Source: Veleropilina oligotropha (Eukaryota). Taken from it: 64,000 bases of DNA. The stretch covers positions 186,001 to 250,000 of the forward strand of contig JBEUKZ010000058.1 in the NCBI GenBank assembly GCA_048128005.1, in the 5' to 3' direction. The notes under the pieces are model-generated. The model did no database searches. It had not been told where the DNA came from and saw nothing but the letters and a program-made list of their open reading frames with translations. Below are positions 25,224-38,686 of the stretch, piece by piece; position 1 is the first letter of the stretch; each line of letters starts with the position of its first letter. A program made the position numbers and the translations under genes.

Positions 25224-26385
25224 TAACAAGAGCTGTCAGAAGGACAGCATGCTCGACTATCAAAAGCTGGATCGATGAATGGAAATAATTTGGTAAAAAT
25301 GAAGCTAGAGTTATGGCCCTTGTATTGCAAGTTCGCATAATGATGTGACAAGCGTATGAAGTTTCAAGGCTGTAGTGTGAACACTTTGTGAGAAAAGGCC
25401 CTTCATGCAAAATGTTAACCTGAAGTTGACTTTGGGAGAAAAGGCCCTTCATGCAAAACATTAACCTGAATTGTCTAAGTCGAAAAAGGGGAATAATTCG
25501 GTAAAATAACGAAGCCAGATTTATTACGCTTGTAATGTAAGGTCGCATAATGACGTTGAACAAGTGTATGAAGTTTGAAAGGTGTAGTGTGAAAAATTTG
25601 TGAGAAAAGACCCTTCATGCAAAACATTAACCTGAATTGTCTAAGTCGAAAAAGGGGAATAATTTGGTAAAATAACGAAGCCAGATTTATTACGCCTGTA
25701 ATGTAAGGTCGCATAATGACGTTGAACAAGTGTATGAAGTTTGAAGGGTGTAGTGTGAAAAAATTGTGAGAAAAGACCCTTCATGCAAAACATTAACCTG
25801 ACTTGTCTAAGTCGAAAAAGGAGAATAATTTGGTAAAATAATGAAGCCAGATTTATTACGCCTGTAATGTAAGGTCGCATAATGACGTTGAACAAGTGTA
25901 TGAAGTTTGAAAGGTGTAGTGTGAAAAATTTGTGAGAAAAGACCCTTCATGCAAAACATTAACCTGAATTGTCTAAGTCGAAAAAGGGGATTAATTTGGT
26001 AAAATAACGAAGCCAGATTTATTACGCCTGTAATGTAAGGTCACATAATGACGTTGAACAAGTGTATGAAGTTTGAAAGGTGTAGTGTGAAAAAATTGTG
26101 AGAAAAGACCCTTCATGCAAAACATTAACCTGAATTGTCTAAGTTGAAAAAGGGGAATAATTTGGTAAAACAACGAAGCCAGAGTTATTACGCCTAATAT
26201 GTAAGGTCGCATAATGACATTGAACAAGTGTATGAAGTTTGAAAGTTGTAGTTTGAAAAATTTGTGAGAAAAGACCCTTCATGCAAAATGTTAACCTGAA
26301 GTTTGACGCCAACGCCAACGCCAACGCCGACGACAGGGTGACTGCAATAGCTGGACGTACTATTTAAGAATAGTCGAGCTAAAAA
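25224..26385 (+). mobile_element. HINE-like element carrying a 166-bp tandem array (about 6 units)
   Basis: AACAAGAGCTGTC start; GCTCGACTAT (25251) inverted to ATAGTCGAGC (26370); period 166 bp; (GCCAAC)n before the 3' hairpin and A-run. Confidence 0.85.
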
Positions 26386-28004
26386 TGCAGTGCAACTGAC
26401 AACTGTTCAAGTTGTATTAGATCATGATTCCTCCTCGTTTTTGACAGCAGGTCATCTTCAAAGAGAATACTCCAAAACAATTATTTTGAGATCCTGTAAA
26501 TCCATATGAAAGATTTAGTCAGACACATAAACAACCCCCTCACTGGCGATTAAAACTTCTTTTGTTATTTGATCGCAGCTGGTTCAAATTTGATTGTGCT
26601 ATCACATTTCAAGAAGCGGTGACTTAAAGTGTAAATAGGCGATGATCGCGTATTAATTAATATTATTTTTACCCGCGTGTAATAGTTAAAACACCTTTAT
26701 GAATTCGGACCAATGTGTCATGAATATGTCTTTCACATAAGACATAATCATCCCCTTTTGGAAACCAACTAAATTAAGTGGATTAAATAGTGGCATTACG
26801 CATCTGAGTTGGTTAAACCGTTCATTGTCATTTTGCTCAGTAAAATAGATGGACATATATTGTGAAATAACTGCCTATTACAACATACAATTATCCATTG
26901 TATATGCATGTCAGACTAGCAAGGTTCAACTCCATGGGTATAATACGGTAATTGTCTGATAAACATATTTTTCAACATCAAAAACCATCAGGGCGGAAGT
27001 TGCATTCATGTATCCGAGCAAGCACCACCATGCAGACATGCAATGGAGCCTCATTAATTATCAATTAGCGATCATTATCATGCTCTTTAACCAGGCTGAG
27101 ATCTTCACACCATGATACATTGCTCTGTTTTAACAATTTTCCCCTAGAGATATGAACGCCATCGGGAACCAATATCACAATATTATCGACAGCTGCTATT
27201 ACCAGAAACCAAGTATTCAACTGTTATTATATGGATCTGCAGGGTCGCCCGTTTACTCTAGCAATCTTGCCCTGTACCGGTAATTAACTGGCCGTGGGAT
27301 TCATCTCCGTTGTTCCGAGTGCGATTAATTCATGTTCATTTTCGATGCTGCTCGCGGCCAGGCTCGCATATGCGAAGATGCAAATCGACGGCCATGCTGA
27401 TCCAAAACTGAATTATAATCAGAATACGACAATATCCAGTGAATATTTAATATTGATAATGTCTGCTTAAGAGTAAAGTGGTTTTATAAAAAGGTTCGAC
27501 TAACTATATAAATACATAATATAAGTATTGTAATCATGAAAATGCCTACATAAGTCATTAAAATAGTTGAATGCAAATATCGTGACACCATCCATCATTT
27601 TATGTTAACAATATGATATTAGTCTCATTTGCAGTTTTTTTTAATCTATTTTGATAAACATAAAATACCGTTTCAATAATTAATCAGATGATCTAATGCA
27701 GGCATGTTTGTTGACTCGCACACAATTGACATAAATCACAACCATTACACCAGGGAAGGGTTCGTGTCAAAACAGCTCAGACATTGTGTTTTCGGAGGAG
27801 TAAAGCGCTAAAGAATGTCATGACTGCCATCTTTAATATTAGATGGGTCCTAATAAATATCATTAAGAATCAAATACATATGATATCCAACCCAATAAGT
27901 CTGGTGGAGTAGCATTTAAGGCAAAAACTTGACAATTTAAAAAATTAATCATGGCAGCCATATTGAATAATATTATCTGACGATTATTGAAATCATGATT
28001 AGCG

Positions 28005-29490
28005 AGAGTATACCTCAAAAACAACATTCACCTCGTCCTCTGTCAGCTAGAGTATACATCCAAAACAACATTCACCTCGTCCTCTGTCACCTAGAGTATA
28101 CCTCAAAAACAACATTCACCTCGTCCTCTGGCAGCTAGGGTATACATCCAAAACAACATTCATCTCGTCCTCTGTCAGCTAGAGTATACCTCAAAAACAA
28201 CATTCACCTTGTCCTCTGTCAGCTAGGGTATACATCCAAAACAACATTCACCTCGTCCTGTCAGCTAGAGTATACATCCAAAACAACATTCACCTCGTCC
28301 TCTGTCAGCTAGAGTATACCTCAAAAACAACATTCACCTCGTCCTCTGTCAGCTAGAGTATACATCCAAAACAACATTCACCTCGTCCTCTGTCAGCTAG
28401 AGTATACATCCAAAACAACATTCACCTCGTCCTCTGTCAGCTAAAGTATACCTCAAAAACAACATTCACCTTGTCCTCTGTCAGCTAGGGTATACATCCA
28501 AAACAACATTCACCTCGTCCTCTGTCAGCTAGAGTATACCTCAAAAACAACATTCACCTTGTCCTCTGTCAGCTAGGGTATACATCCAAAACAACATTCA
28601 CCTCGTCCTGTCAGCTAGAGTATACATCCAAAACAACATTCACCTCGTCCTCTGTCAGCTAGAGTATACCTCAAAAACAACATTCACCTTGTCCTCTGTC
28701 AGCTAGGGTATACATCCAAAACAACATTCACCTCGTCCTCTGTCAGCTAGAGTATACATCCAAAACAACATTCACCTCGTCCTCTGTCAGCTAGAGTATA
28801 CATCCAAAACAACATTCACCTCGTCCTCTGTCAGCTAGAGTATACCTCAAAAACAACATTCACCTTGTCCTCTGTCAGCTAGGGTATACATCCAAAACAA
28901 CATTCACCTCGTCCTCTGTCAGCTAGGGTATACATCCAAAACAACATTCACCTCGTCCTCTGTCAGCTAGAGTATACATCCAAAACAACATTCACTTCGT
29001 CCTCTGTCAGCTAGAGTATACCTCAAAACAACATTCACCTCGTCCTCTGTCAGCTAGGGTATACATCCAAAACAACATTCACCTCGTCCTCTGTCAGCTA
29101 GAGTATACCTCAAAAACAACATTCACCTTGTCCTCTGTCAGCTAGGGTATACATCCAAAACAACATTCACCTCGTCCTCTGTCAGCTAGAGTATACATCC
29201 AAAACAACATTCACCTCGTCCTCTGTCAGCTAGAGTATACCTCAAAAACAACATTCACCTTGTCCTCTGTCAGCTAGGGTATACATCCAAAACAACATTC
29301 ACCTCGTCCTCTGTCAGCTAGAGTATACATCCAAAACAACATTCACCTCGTCCTCTGTCAGCTAGAGTATACATCCAAAACAACATTCACTTCGTCCTCT
29401 GTCAGCTAGAGTATACATCCAAAACAACATTCACCTCATCCTCTGTCAGCTAGAGTATACATCCAAAACAACATTCACCTCGTCCTTTGT
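28005..29490. repeat. 44-bp satellite, about 34 copies
   Basis: GTATACATCCAAAACAACATTCACCTCGTCCTCTGTCAGCTAGA with variant GTATACCTCAAAAAC..CCTTGTCC..TAGG. Confidence 0.97.
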
Positions 29491-30041
29491 CAATAGAACT
29501 TGCGATTCTGGAGGAGTAGCAATAGCAAATCATGTCGAAAACAATGAATATCGGTCGGACACCTACAAACTTCATTTAGGACCAACTACAGTCTGTGGCT
29601 GTTTAATATATGTATTTATCACATATCTAGGTCATTTTCCCATAGTGCAACACCGTGTATTATTTGTCGTATTACACGCGTGTCAACAGCCATATTGAAA
29701 TGCGATTGGATGATTTAATGAATGAAATTCGAACATCCTATCGAAATGCGTGTCACTAACGGTCGAGCGCACTACTTGTTTTACTACGTATTATATATTT
29801 ACTATAATGTCACAACGGGATTGCCGCCAATATTTTTAATGTTGACATTATGGCGGCGATAGTGGGAACATTTATAGCAACGGCCACAAAACAACAACAT
29901 GGTAGAGATTATTGGAACTGATTTCGAGGTAACGAGATTGCAGGCGCAACAATAACATTTATGCAGGTACGTAGGCCGCGCTAGCAGACGTCAAATGACA
30001 GATTCAAACCAGTCGGCGACACAGTCATATATATCCCGCGT

Positions 30042-31695
30042 CAGGGTTAGCACTGGCTTCTGATTCAAATTCGCCAATTGATTCGCCAATGCCATTTCAA
30101 ATTCGCCAATATGCACTCATATTTGCCAGCTTTATTGAAATCATTGCGTTGCATTTGCTTCAGTTGTCTGTGTATGTAGTGATGTATGTATAGGTGTTGA
30201 AGAATGGAAATAACACAGTGTTTATATCTATATATATTTCTTACTTTTCAGTTGATTTTTATCAATCAATAATTGGTAATAATGTGAAATGATGATTAAC
30301 AATTATATTGGAAAAATTAAATATTGACTTATGAACAGAATTAATTCCGATATATATGTATGCAGTGTATAATAATTTGATGCAGTGTACAGTGAATGCC
30401 ATGACAGACTATATGGTTCATGAAAAATGCTCCACACAATTTCAACTTTGGAATTGAACCAGTGATCTCTGCTTTGTGGTATTGCTGCTTTTAAACACTC
30501 TAGGCAATCAATATACGATGTCAGAAAACAAGAAGTTTAGTTTACTTCAGCCAGCTGAGCATTATCTTCAATGAACTATTTATCTTCTCAAGAAATCATT
30601 ATCTGATTGTGAAACACAGCTCGCCATGACATAAACCAACGTTAATTGCAACTGCTTTGTTAAAACGTTTAACTTGCATGTATTTATTTTACGATAATAG
30701 ATTCATAAGTCTAACTATTGTTCAAATGTTCAATATCGATTTGCAGTTAATTAAAGTCTGCGACAGAAAAAAGTAATTACGAATTCAATAAATGCGTTTT
30801 TGTAATTTTGGCACATGGATTGGGATAGTACTTGTTGACTTGTGCGCCGCGCATGCACACCAAATCGGCTATGACATTGCCACAATGAGATTTTTATGCT
30901 ATAATATATGGTGCGATAATTATCCAATACCTACGTGATATCGATATCCGACATTAAAACATCAAAATGCGGGTTTTATTAGAAGAAAAATTGTAAATGA
31001 CATTCAAATAATTCCGCTCGGTTGGACGCCATTAAAATTGATAAAGGTACCCGGATATACTGCAACGACGATTATCGGATTTTTTCGATTTGAGTACAAA
31101 ATGTTAAAAGTTGGTATATTATTTTGTATTCTGAAGTTAAAGTTTTCATTTTGTTAAAATAATTACATTACTTTAGAAACAAATATTAACTAGGATGCCT
31201 TATCAAATCCATTTTGGTTCAGGGTTATAATAGTTTTGACATTATTTATTTCGCTGTTCCGTTTACGGTGGCCGCCAGAGATAAAAACTTTTAATGAATG
31301 TTTACACAAATAAAGAACTAGTGGACGTCTTTATGACTTCAATTAGTGCACGGTTCCCCATATGATCGAGTAAATAATAGCTACTATCCACTCGGCCAAG
31401 CGACATACTGGTTAAACAATGAATGTCGCAATGACAAGTAAGCGTGCATGCGCCAGTGTTGTTTCGCGATTGTTGATTATTTTCTGAAAGGGATTAGCTG
31501 AAACAGCATTGCTAATTGATAAGCTGCAAGGTAATTAAACCAATCAATTAAAGGGATTATGTAACAACGATTTGGGTAGTAAATATTTTTTTTAAAATGA
31601 CATTCGCCAGCAAATTCGCAAATCGGATTTTACATTCGCCAATCGTACTTCAAATTCGCAATTTGCGACGCTGGTGCATGGCAGCGCTAACCCTT
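30042..31695. mobile_element. hAT-like non-autonomous element
   Basis: CAGGGTTAGCACTG / CAGCGCTAACCCT termini, ATTCGCCAA subterminal motifs at both ends, similar flanks TCCCGCGT / TCCGCGT. Confidence 0.6.
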
Positions 31696-32039
31696 CCGCG
31701 TTATTGTCTTTGGCAGATAGTTTTAAATCTTAATGAAAATTGTTATTCTAATATGTTCATATAATTTATATAAAGTTATATCTGTTCATTTTCAAAGAAT
31801 ATTTGGTAGTTATCAATGTCAATTAATAACTACTCTCGCACTCTTTTTAGAGGGCATTGTTACTAATTTATGTAATGAGTCGATGGCCTTTCACATTAAA
31901 CTGTTTACATATCACTACACCGTAATGTCGCCTTCACTCGGTCTCTACTGCTGATTCTTTCGTAACGGTAAGGCAATTTCGTGAGTTCGTAGTTTGTTTC
32001 CTACCAAAGATCGATATGTGATAAATAGAACCTCATACT

Positions 32040-32161
32040 CGTGATAATGTAATATCACATTTATGAAACTCGTTTAACTAATTTTCATATTTCCTCGGCA
32101 AGCCTCAGAAAATATGAAAATTAGTTAAACTCGTTTCATAAATGTTATATGACATTACCAC
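32040..32161. repeat. Long palindromic interspersed repeat
   Basis: TAATGTAATATCACATTTATGAAAC..TTTAACTAATTTTCATATTT mirrored by AAATATGAAAATTAGTTAAA..GTTTCATAAATGTTATATGACATTA. Confidence 0.8.
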
Positions 32162-32269
32162 TCTATTTACGTGCTTTCCCATTATGGAAGTGTTACGCAA
32201 TAACAGTAAAAGGTAACAAATCTATAATGTGACATTGAATAACCTCTCTGTGAAAAATGCTCATATAGA

Positions 32270-32823
32270 AGGTTCATAGATTCTGACTCGGGTCAACTGT
32301 TAAAACATATTCAATGACCGGTATCTCTTGCCATGAAATCAGACAATGCAAAAATAAGTCGAGGGGTGTATCCCCTCCCTGATGGGCGTAACGTGTCCTC
32401 ATCATGCCAAATGCGTATATCACATCAGATACTAACTTTTCACTGTAGAGCGCGCACAAGAAATGTCTTCAAACAAAATGGTCGGCCAAGGTGGCCATCT
32501 TGAATCCGAAAATCGTTAGGCGGTGTGCCCTCATCATATCTTACGCGCATACCAAATTTGAATGAAATCGGATTAAAATATTTCACTATTGATGGAGCAC
32601 AAGAAATATCTCCAAACAAAACGGCGTCCCTGGTGGTAATCTTGAGTCCGAAAATAGTTAGGTGGGCCGCCGTGTCCTCATCATAGCGAACGTGCATACC
32701 AAATTGAAATCAAATCTAAGTAGAACTTTTCACTGTACGGCGCACACAAGAAATCTCTGCAGCGGATGCGGTTGAATGATGACTAAACCATACTATCCCC
32801 GACTGTTGGGATTGGGGATACAA
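32270..32823 (+). mobile_element. Degenerate HINE-like element
   Basis: Diverged internal repeats (GCCATCTTGAATCCGAAAAT, ATACCAAATT) and 3' TATCCCC...GGGGATA; 5' limit uncertain. Confidence 0.5.
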
Positions 32824-33218
32824 ATATTTAAGTCTTGCTTTATAAAATTTGTAGTATATCAGATATTTGTTATAATCTCGTTATATACATTGAAAAATGT
32901 CTTCCAAGATTCTCACACTTGGCCACAAAGCACAGGTAATAAATGGCTCAATTATACAAACTGTTCGTCCTCATTATCGATAGTATGTCAGGACATTAAC
33001 AGACTGCTGAGTCCTTGTGCGGCAATCGATATGTTGCAAGTCTCCGGTATCATAAATAATTCAGGAAGAACATCAAGCATTTTGAACACTCTCTGAAGAC
33101 ACTGCTATTAAAATAGCATCAATAAAGGTCTGTGCAAAGATTAACACTTTAATTGATGTATGTATATATTTTCATATCAATTAATAAGCACTTTATCTTC
33201 AGTATGGCTACTAGATAA

Positions 33219-34406
33219 ATGTACCATGGAGAAACACTTAAAAATATATATTTAATGTTTATCAGACCAATAATCGAGTACGGATCTATTATATGGGACA
33301 ACTGCTATGACTACGAATCAGAGTCACTGGAGAAACTCCAATGTGACTGTCTTAGAATCATAACAGGACTGCCTTTATGGTGCCAGCCCGATTGCTTATA
33401 CTTAGAGACTGGTATTACACCATTAAAATTAAGACGACTCCACAAACGACTTATAATGATGTATAAAATTATTAATAACAGGACACCGTCCTTCCTCCGA
33501 ATATTACTTCCCCTTGGTCGTAGTGACCGAAACCAATATAATATAAGAAACAGCGACTTGTTAACTGTCCCATTAACGCGAACAGAATCATACAGGAAAT
33601 CATATTTTCCAAAAACTACTATGGACTGGAATAATCTTGAGCTCAGTGTTAGAAACTCATCCAGTATTTTCATGTTCAAATCAAAAACTACTCTCACCAT
33701 TGAGCTTCCTGTTCATACTATTTATGAACTAGAAAGAAATCTGGCTATCGTCCATACACGACTAAGGCGGAATTGTAGCCTTCTTAATGTTAACCTATTT
33801 CGACTAAGTATTGTTGCAAGTCCAGCCTGCTCTTGTGGACATCCAAAGGAAAATTCGGAACATTTCCTAATGCATTGCACCAATTACACTGAACAACGTA
33901 ATATTCTCTTCAGACAAATCGGCATTCAAAACATATCAAATCTCCTATTTGGAAATCAATCTTACAGTGTAGCCACCAACAAAGACATTTTCAAACAAGT
34001 CCAATTGTACATTAACTCTTATCATGCTGTGAATTCTGTAACTCAATGGGAAATTGGTGGCATATTCTGCCCCCAGCATGCTAAGAGTTAAACATACACA
34101 ACGTTTTACCACAAAATAACTAGATGTACGATGATAAATGATTACCTATTTTCGTTCTTGTATGCCACTTATATTGTACCCTTATCTACATGACTATATC
34201 AATGTATTCCTATAAAGCCACTAGTTATATGCGAGCATTAAAATGTGTGTAAATAAAATAAAATATGATCACCAGCTATGTACTATGTACAATGTACTAA
34301 CAACAAAAGGATCTAAATAGGCTGAGCCTGCTATCCAATTGTTGTCTATTTATCTGTTTGTATCTATGCCATGATAATCATCTAATAAAATATGTTTAAA
34401 CTAAAC
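33219..34406 (+). mobile_element. 5'-truncated CR1-group LINE (ORF2 C-terminus 33219-34091 plus 3' UTR)
   Basis: IYLMFIRPIIEYGSIIWD, LRIITGL, SYFPKT..DWNNL, CSCG..HFLMHC zinc knuckle; tail AATAAAATATGTTTAAACTAAAC. Confidence 0.8.
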
Positions 34407-34452
34407 CATGGATGATTGACAATTACAAATTAGTGAAACACAAGGCATAGCA

Positions 34453-35246
34453 AACTAGAACGCTCAGTCACGAGTGACCGCATATGTATCCCCCGGTAAT
34501 GACCTGTCTATAGAGCGATCACAAGGAATTATGCTTTAAAATCCATGATGGAGGCCACAGCGGCCGTCTTGGAGGTCGGATCACACCCAAAATCTCTAGG
34601 TATCGTGTCCTCACCCAAACCAATGCACATACCAAATTTGAAAACATTCCGTTAAGAACTCGCCTGTCTCTAGAGAGTGATCACAAGCAATTATGGTGGC
34701 CGTGGCGGCCATCTTGGAGGTCAGACCACACCCAAAATCTATAGGTATCGTGTCCTCGCCCCAATCAATACACATACCAAATTTGAAAACATTCCGTTAA
34801 GAAATTACCTCTCTAGAGCGATCACAAGCAAATATGGTGGCCGTGGTAGCCATCTTGGAGGTCAGACCACACCCAAAATCTATAGGTGTCGTTTCTTCGC
34901 CCCAACCAATTCACATACCAAATGTGAAAACATTCCGGTAAGAAATGGTCTGTCTAGAGCGATCACAAGGAATTATGCTTTAAAATCCTAGATGGAGGCC
35001 ACAGCGGCCATCTTGGAGGTCGGACCACACCCAAAATCTCTAGATGTCGTGTCCTTGCCCAAAACAATGCACATGTATACCAAATTTGAAAACGTTCCGT
35101 TAAGAAATGGCCTGTCTAGTGCGATCACGAGGAATCTCTCGGCAGACGCAGCGGCGTAACGGACGCTAAACCATAGTATCCCCGTCCGCGGCGCAACGGA
35201 CGCTAAACCATAGTATCCCCCAACACATTCGTTTCAGGGGATAAAA
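34453..35246 (+). mobile_element. HINE-like element, same family as 22106-23217
   Basis: AACTAGAACGCTCAGTCACGAGTGACCGCATATGTATCCCC start, same internal units, duplicated GGACGCTAAACCATAGTATCCCC near 3' end. Confidence 0.8.
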
Positions 35247-35285
35247 TTAAGTTTAATAATTGATCCAGGAACAAATTACACAAAA

Positions 35286-36445
35286 ATGATAATATTCATC
35301 AGAATGTCACCAGTCCCTGATGTTATGATAATATTGATCAGAATGTCACCAGTCCATGATGTTATGATAATATTGATTAGAATGTCACCAGTCCATGATG
35401 TTATGATAATATTGATCAGAATGTCACCAGTCCATGATGTTATGATAATATTGATCAGAATGTCACCAGTCCCTGCTGTTATGATAATATTCATCAGAAT
35501 GTCACCAGTCCCTGATGTTATGATAATATTGATCAGAATGTCACCAGTCCATGATGTTATGATAATCTTGATCAGAATGTCACCAGTCCCTGATGTTATG
35601 ATAATATTGATCAGAATGTCACCAGTCCCTGATGTTATGATAATATTGATTAGAATGTCACCAGTCCATGATGTTATGATAATATTGATCAGAATGTCAC
35701 CAGTCCATGATGTTATGATAATATTGATCAGAATGTCACCAGTCCATGATGTTATGATACTATTGATCAGATGTCACCAGTCCCTGATGTTATGATAATA
35801 TTGATCAGAATGTCACCAGTCCCTGATGTTATGATAATATTGATCAGAATGTCACCAGTCCATGATGTTATGATATTGATCAGAATGTCACCAGTCCCTG
35901 ATGTTATGATAATATTGATCAGAATGTCACCAGTCCATGATGTTATGATAATATTGATCAGAATGTCACCAGTCCATGATGTTATGATAATATTGATCAG
36001 AATGTCACCAGTCCATGATGTTATGATAATATTGATCAGATGTCACCAGTCCCTGATGTTATGATAATATTGATCAGAATGTCACCAGTCCCTGATGTTA
36101 TGATAATATTGATCAGAATGTCACCAGTCCATGATGTTATGATATTGATCAGAATGTCACCAGTCCCTGATGTTATGATAATATTGATCAGAATGTCACC
36201 AGTCCATGATGTTATGATAATATTGATCAGAATGTCACCAGTCCATGATGTTATGATAATATTGATCAGAATGTCACCAGTCCATGATGTTATGATAATA
36301 TTGATCAGATGTCACCAGTCCCTGATGTTATGATAATATTGATCAGAATGTCACCAGTCCCTGATGTTATGATAATATTGATCAGAATGTCACCAGTCCC
36401 TGATGTTATGATAATATTGATCAGAATGTCACCAGTCCATGATGT
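35286..36445. repeat. 39-bp satellite, about 30 copies, with a 269-bp higher-order duplication
   Basis: ATGATAATATTGATCAGAATGTCACCAGTCC(A/C)TGATGTT; 1-bp and 3-bp deletion variants recur 269 bp apart. Confidence 0.97.
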
Positions 36446-36931
36446 TTCATTGTACGTAATATATATAATACAACGATGATGGTTGTAATCCTTCATGGCA
36501 TCATATGAAATAGCTTTCATTTTTGACCAAATCTACCCGGTTCAATGGCTCCATGGTTGATAACCTTGGTTATAAACTCTATGGTGTCCTAACCGCATCA
36601 GGTTTCCGAAATTTCACTTAGAGTATACTGATAAATAAAATATGATATTCACTTCTAGTTAATACAAGGCACACTGTTAAGGCCGAATGATATCATATAA
36701 ACAGAAGTAAATTTGGCTGGATCAACACTGCATAAATACTGCAGCTCGGTATTTGAAAACGTAAACTTATTAAATTAAAACATGAAACTCTCAGTCTCGT
36801 TCTTACTTAAAGATCCTAGGTTATATACTGCTGTACATTTTAAATCGCATTAATTAAAATGTAAATTAAAATATATCTCATTTTGACAGGTCTGAATATA
36901 TGTAAATATTCATCTGACCATTGCCTGATAT

Positions 36932-38133
36932 AACTAGAGGTATGCTCATACGGGCCCGCCTTTTGTATATAATACATCCATAGATATTAAATAATCAATA
37001 ACTCTATAATAAATTTCATAGTAACTGTCATAAAGTATATATTTTACAATAGTTCATATGACTTTGACCCAATGACCCCATCTTGAAACTTGGGCAAGGC
37101 CTGATGGTACATACCAAATATGCATGGTGCAGATCTAGCGGTTCGTCTAGCTTCTAAGTGCCAGGGCCGCTTCGGCAGCGCAGTGGGTAGAGTGTCCACT
37201 CTAAATTCACTGCCTTGATTCCGCTAATGCGAACAGTAGTAGGTTCAATACCTGGCTGAGGCATTGAAATTTGTTCAAGTTATGAATCACAGTTGTCCGT
37301 GACTGGCCGAAGAGGGCGGGTTTACCCGGGCGACCAGGGTTTCCTCCCACGATAACATGGACATGTCCTGCCTTGAACCTCGATGTTGTAAATATACAGG
37401 ACATTAAGCATCATTCCTCCTCCTCCTTCCTCCTACTATGTGACAGAAAGAAATATTGCAAAAACAAAACGGAAATACACGTAAATGACCTTGACCTTTA
37501 ACCCAGTGACCCCATCTTTGAACTTAGGCAAGGCCTGAAGGTACACAAGGTGTATGCCAAATATGAAAAGCGTAGGTCCAGCGGTTCGACTTCAATGTGA
37601 CAGAAAGCAATGTTCCAAGTCAAGAACGGATATACACGAAAATGACCATGACCTTTGACCCAGTGACCCAATCTTTGAACTTAGGCAAGGCTTGATGTAT
37701 ACAAGGTGTATACCAATATGTAAATCTTACATGCAGCGGTTAGTCTTCTATGTGACAGAACGCAATCTTCCAAGTCAAGAACGGAAATACACGAAATTGA
37801 CCTTGACCTTTGGCCCAGTGACCCCCATCTTTGAACTTAGGCAAGGCTTGATGATACACAAGGTGTATACCAAATATGAAAAGCGTAGGTCCAGCGGTTC
37901 GTCTTCTATGTGACAGAAAGCAATCTTCCAAGTCAAGAACGGAAATGACCTTGACCTTTGACCCAGTGACCCATCTTTGAACTTAGGCAAGGCTGGTATA
38001 CAAGGTGCATACCAAATATGAAAAGCATTGGTCAAGCGGTTAGTCTTCTATGTGACAGAAAGCGATCAGCGGATGCCGACGCCAACGGACGCTAGTCCAC
38101 GACTATAGCCCTGCCAAACAGGCGGGCCAAAAA
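36932..38133 (+). mobile_element. HINE-like element with ~158-bp repeats, containing a SINE
   Basis: AACTAGAGGTAT start, GGCCCGCC inverted to GGCGGGCC in 3' hairpin, GACCTTGACCTTTGACCC units. Confidence 0.85.
37165..37433 (+). mobile_element. tRNA-derived SINE inside a HINE repeat unit
   Basis: Near-identical to 4743 and 51571; degenerate TSD TTCTAAGTGCCAG / TACTATGTGACAG resembling host unit TTCTATGTGACAG. Confidence 0.85.
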
Positions 38134-38686
38134 TGTCCAGTGCATCTGTCGGGATACATTTAAATCATTGAATATATTTATATATATACAAAAATAGACT
38201 TTGCCAGCTTGCCTCATATTCAACGTCAGCCATTATCTCGTATTCCGTGACAAACCTTTTGCATGCACAGCGTTTTACAATTCGCATACATGTAACATGA
38301 TAAGATAATTTCGTTAGACTGAGAAGCAGATATTCAGAATGAATGTGAATGAATAGGAGATAATGAAGGCTGCATCTGTAATGAGATTATGCTAGCCTAG
38401 TATTTGTTACATGCGGTGATTAACCTCTTCAGCTGCTAGAATTTGTTACACATCCACAGCACCAGCATTGCAACGCATAATTTTTTATATTCCATAATGT
38501 ATATATGCATTTGTTGGAAATATCAAAATCTATCGGGAAACAACATCTCATCTTTTATGTATGTCAGCAAAATCAACTGTTGCATTACTAATACTGTTAC
38601 ATGATTGAATATGATGTAGGCTGATCATAACCATTAAATGCAAAGCAATGTTGGCATGCTGCAAATCATTTATCTATTTATAATAA

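Noticed and set aside
28005..29490. CRISPR array
   Set aside because: Contiguous 44-bp units with no unique spacers
35276..36520. Repetitive hydrophobic ORFs (MIILIRMSPVHDV)n
   Set aside because: 39-bp unit is a multiple of three; frame is broken by unit indels
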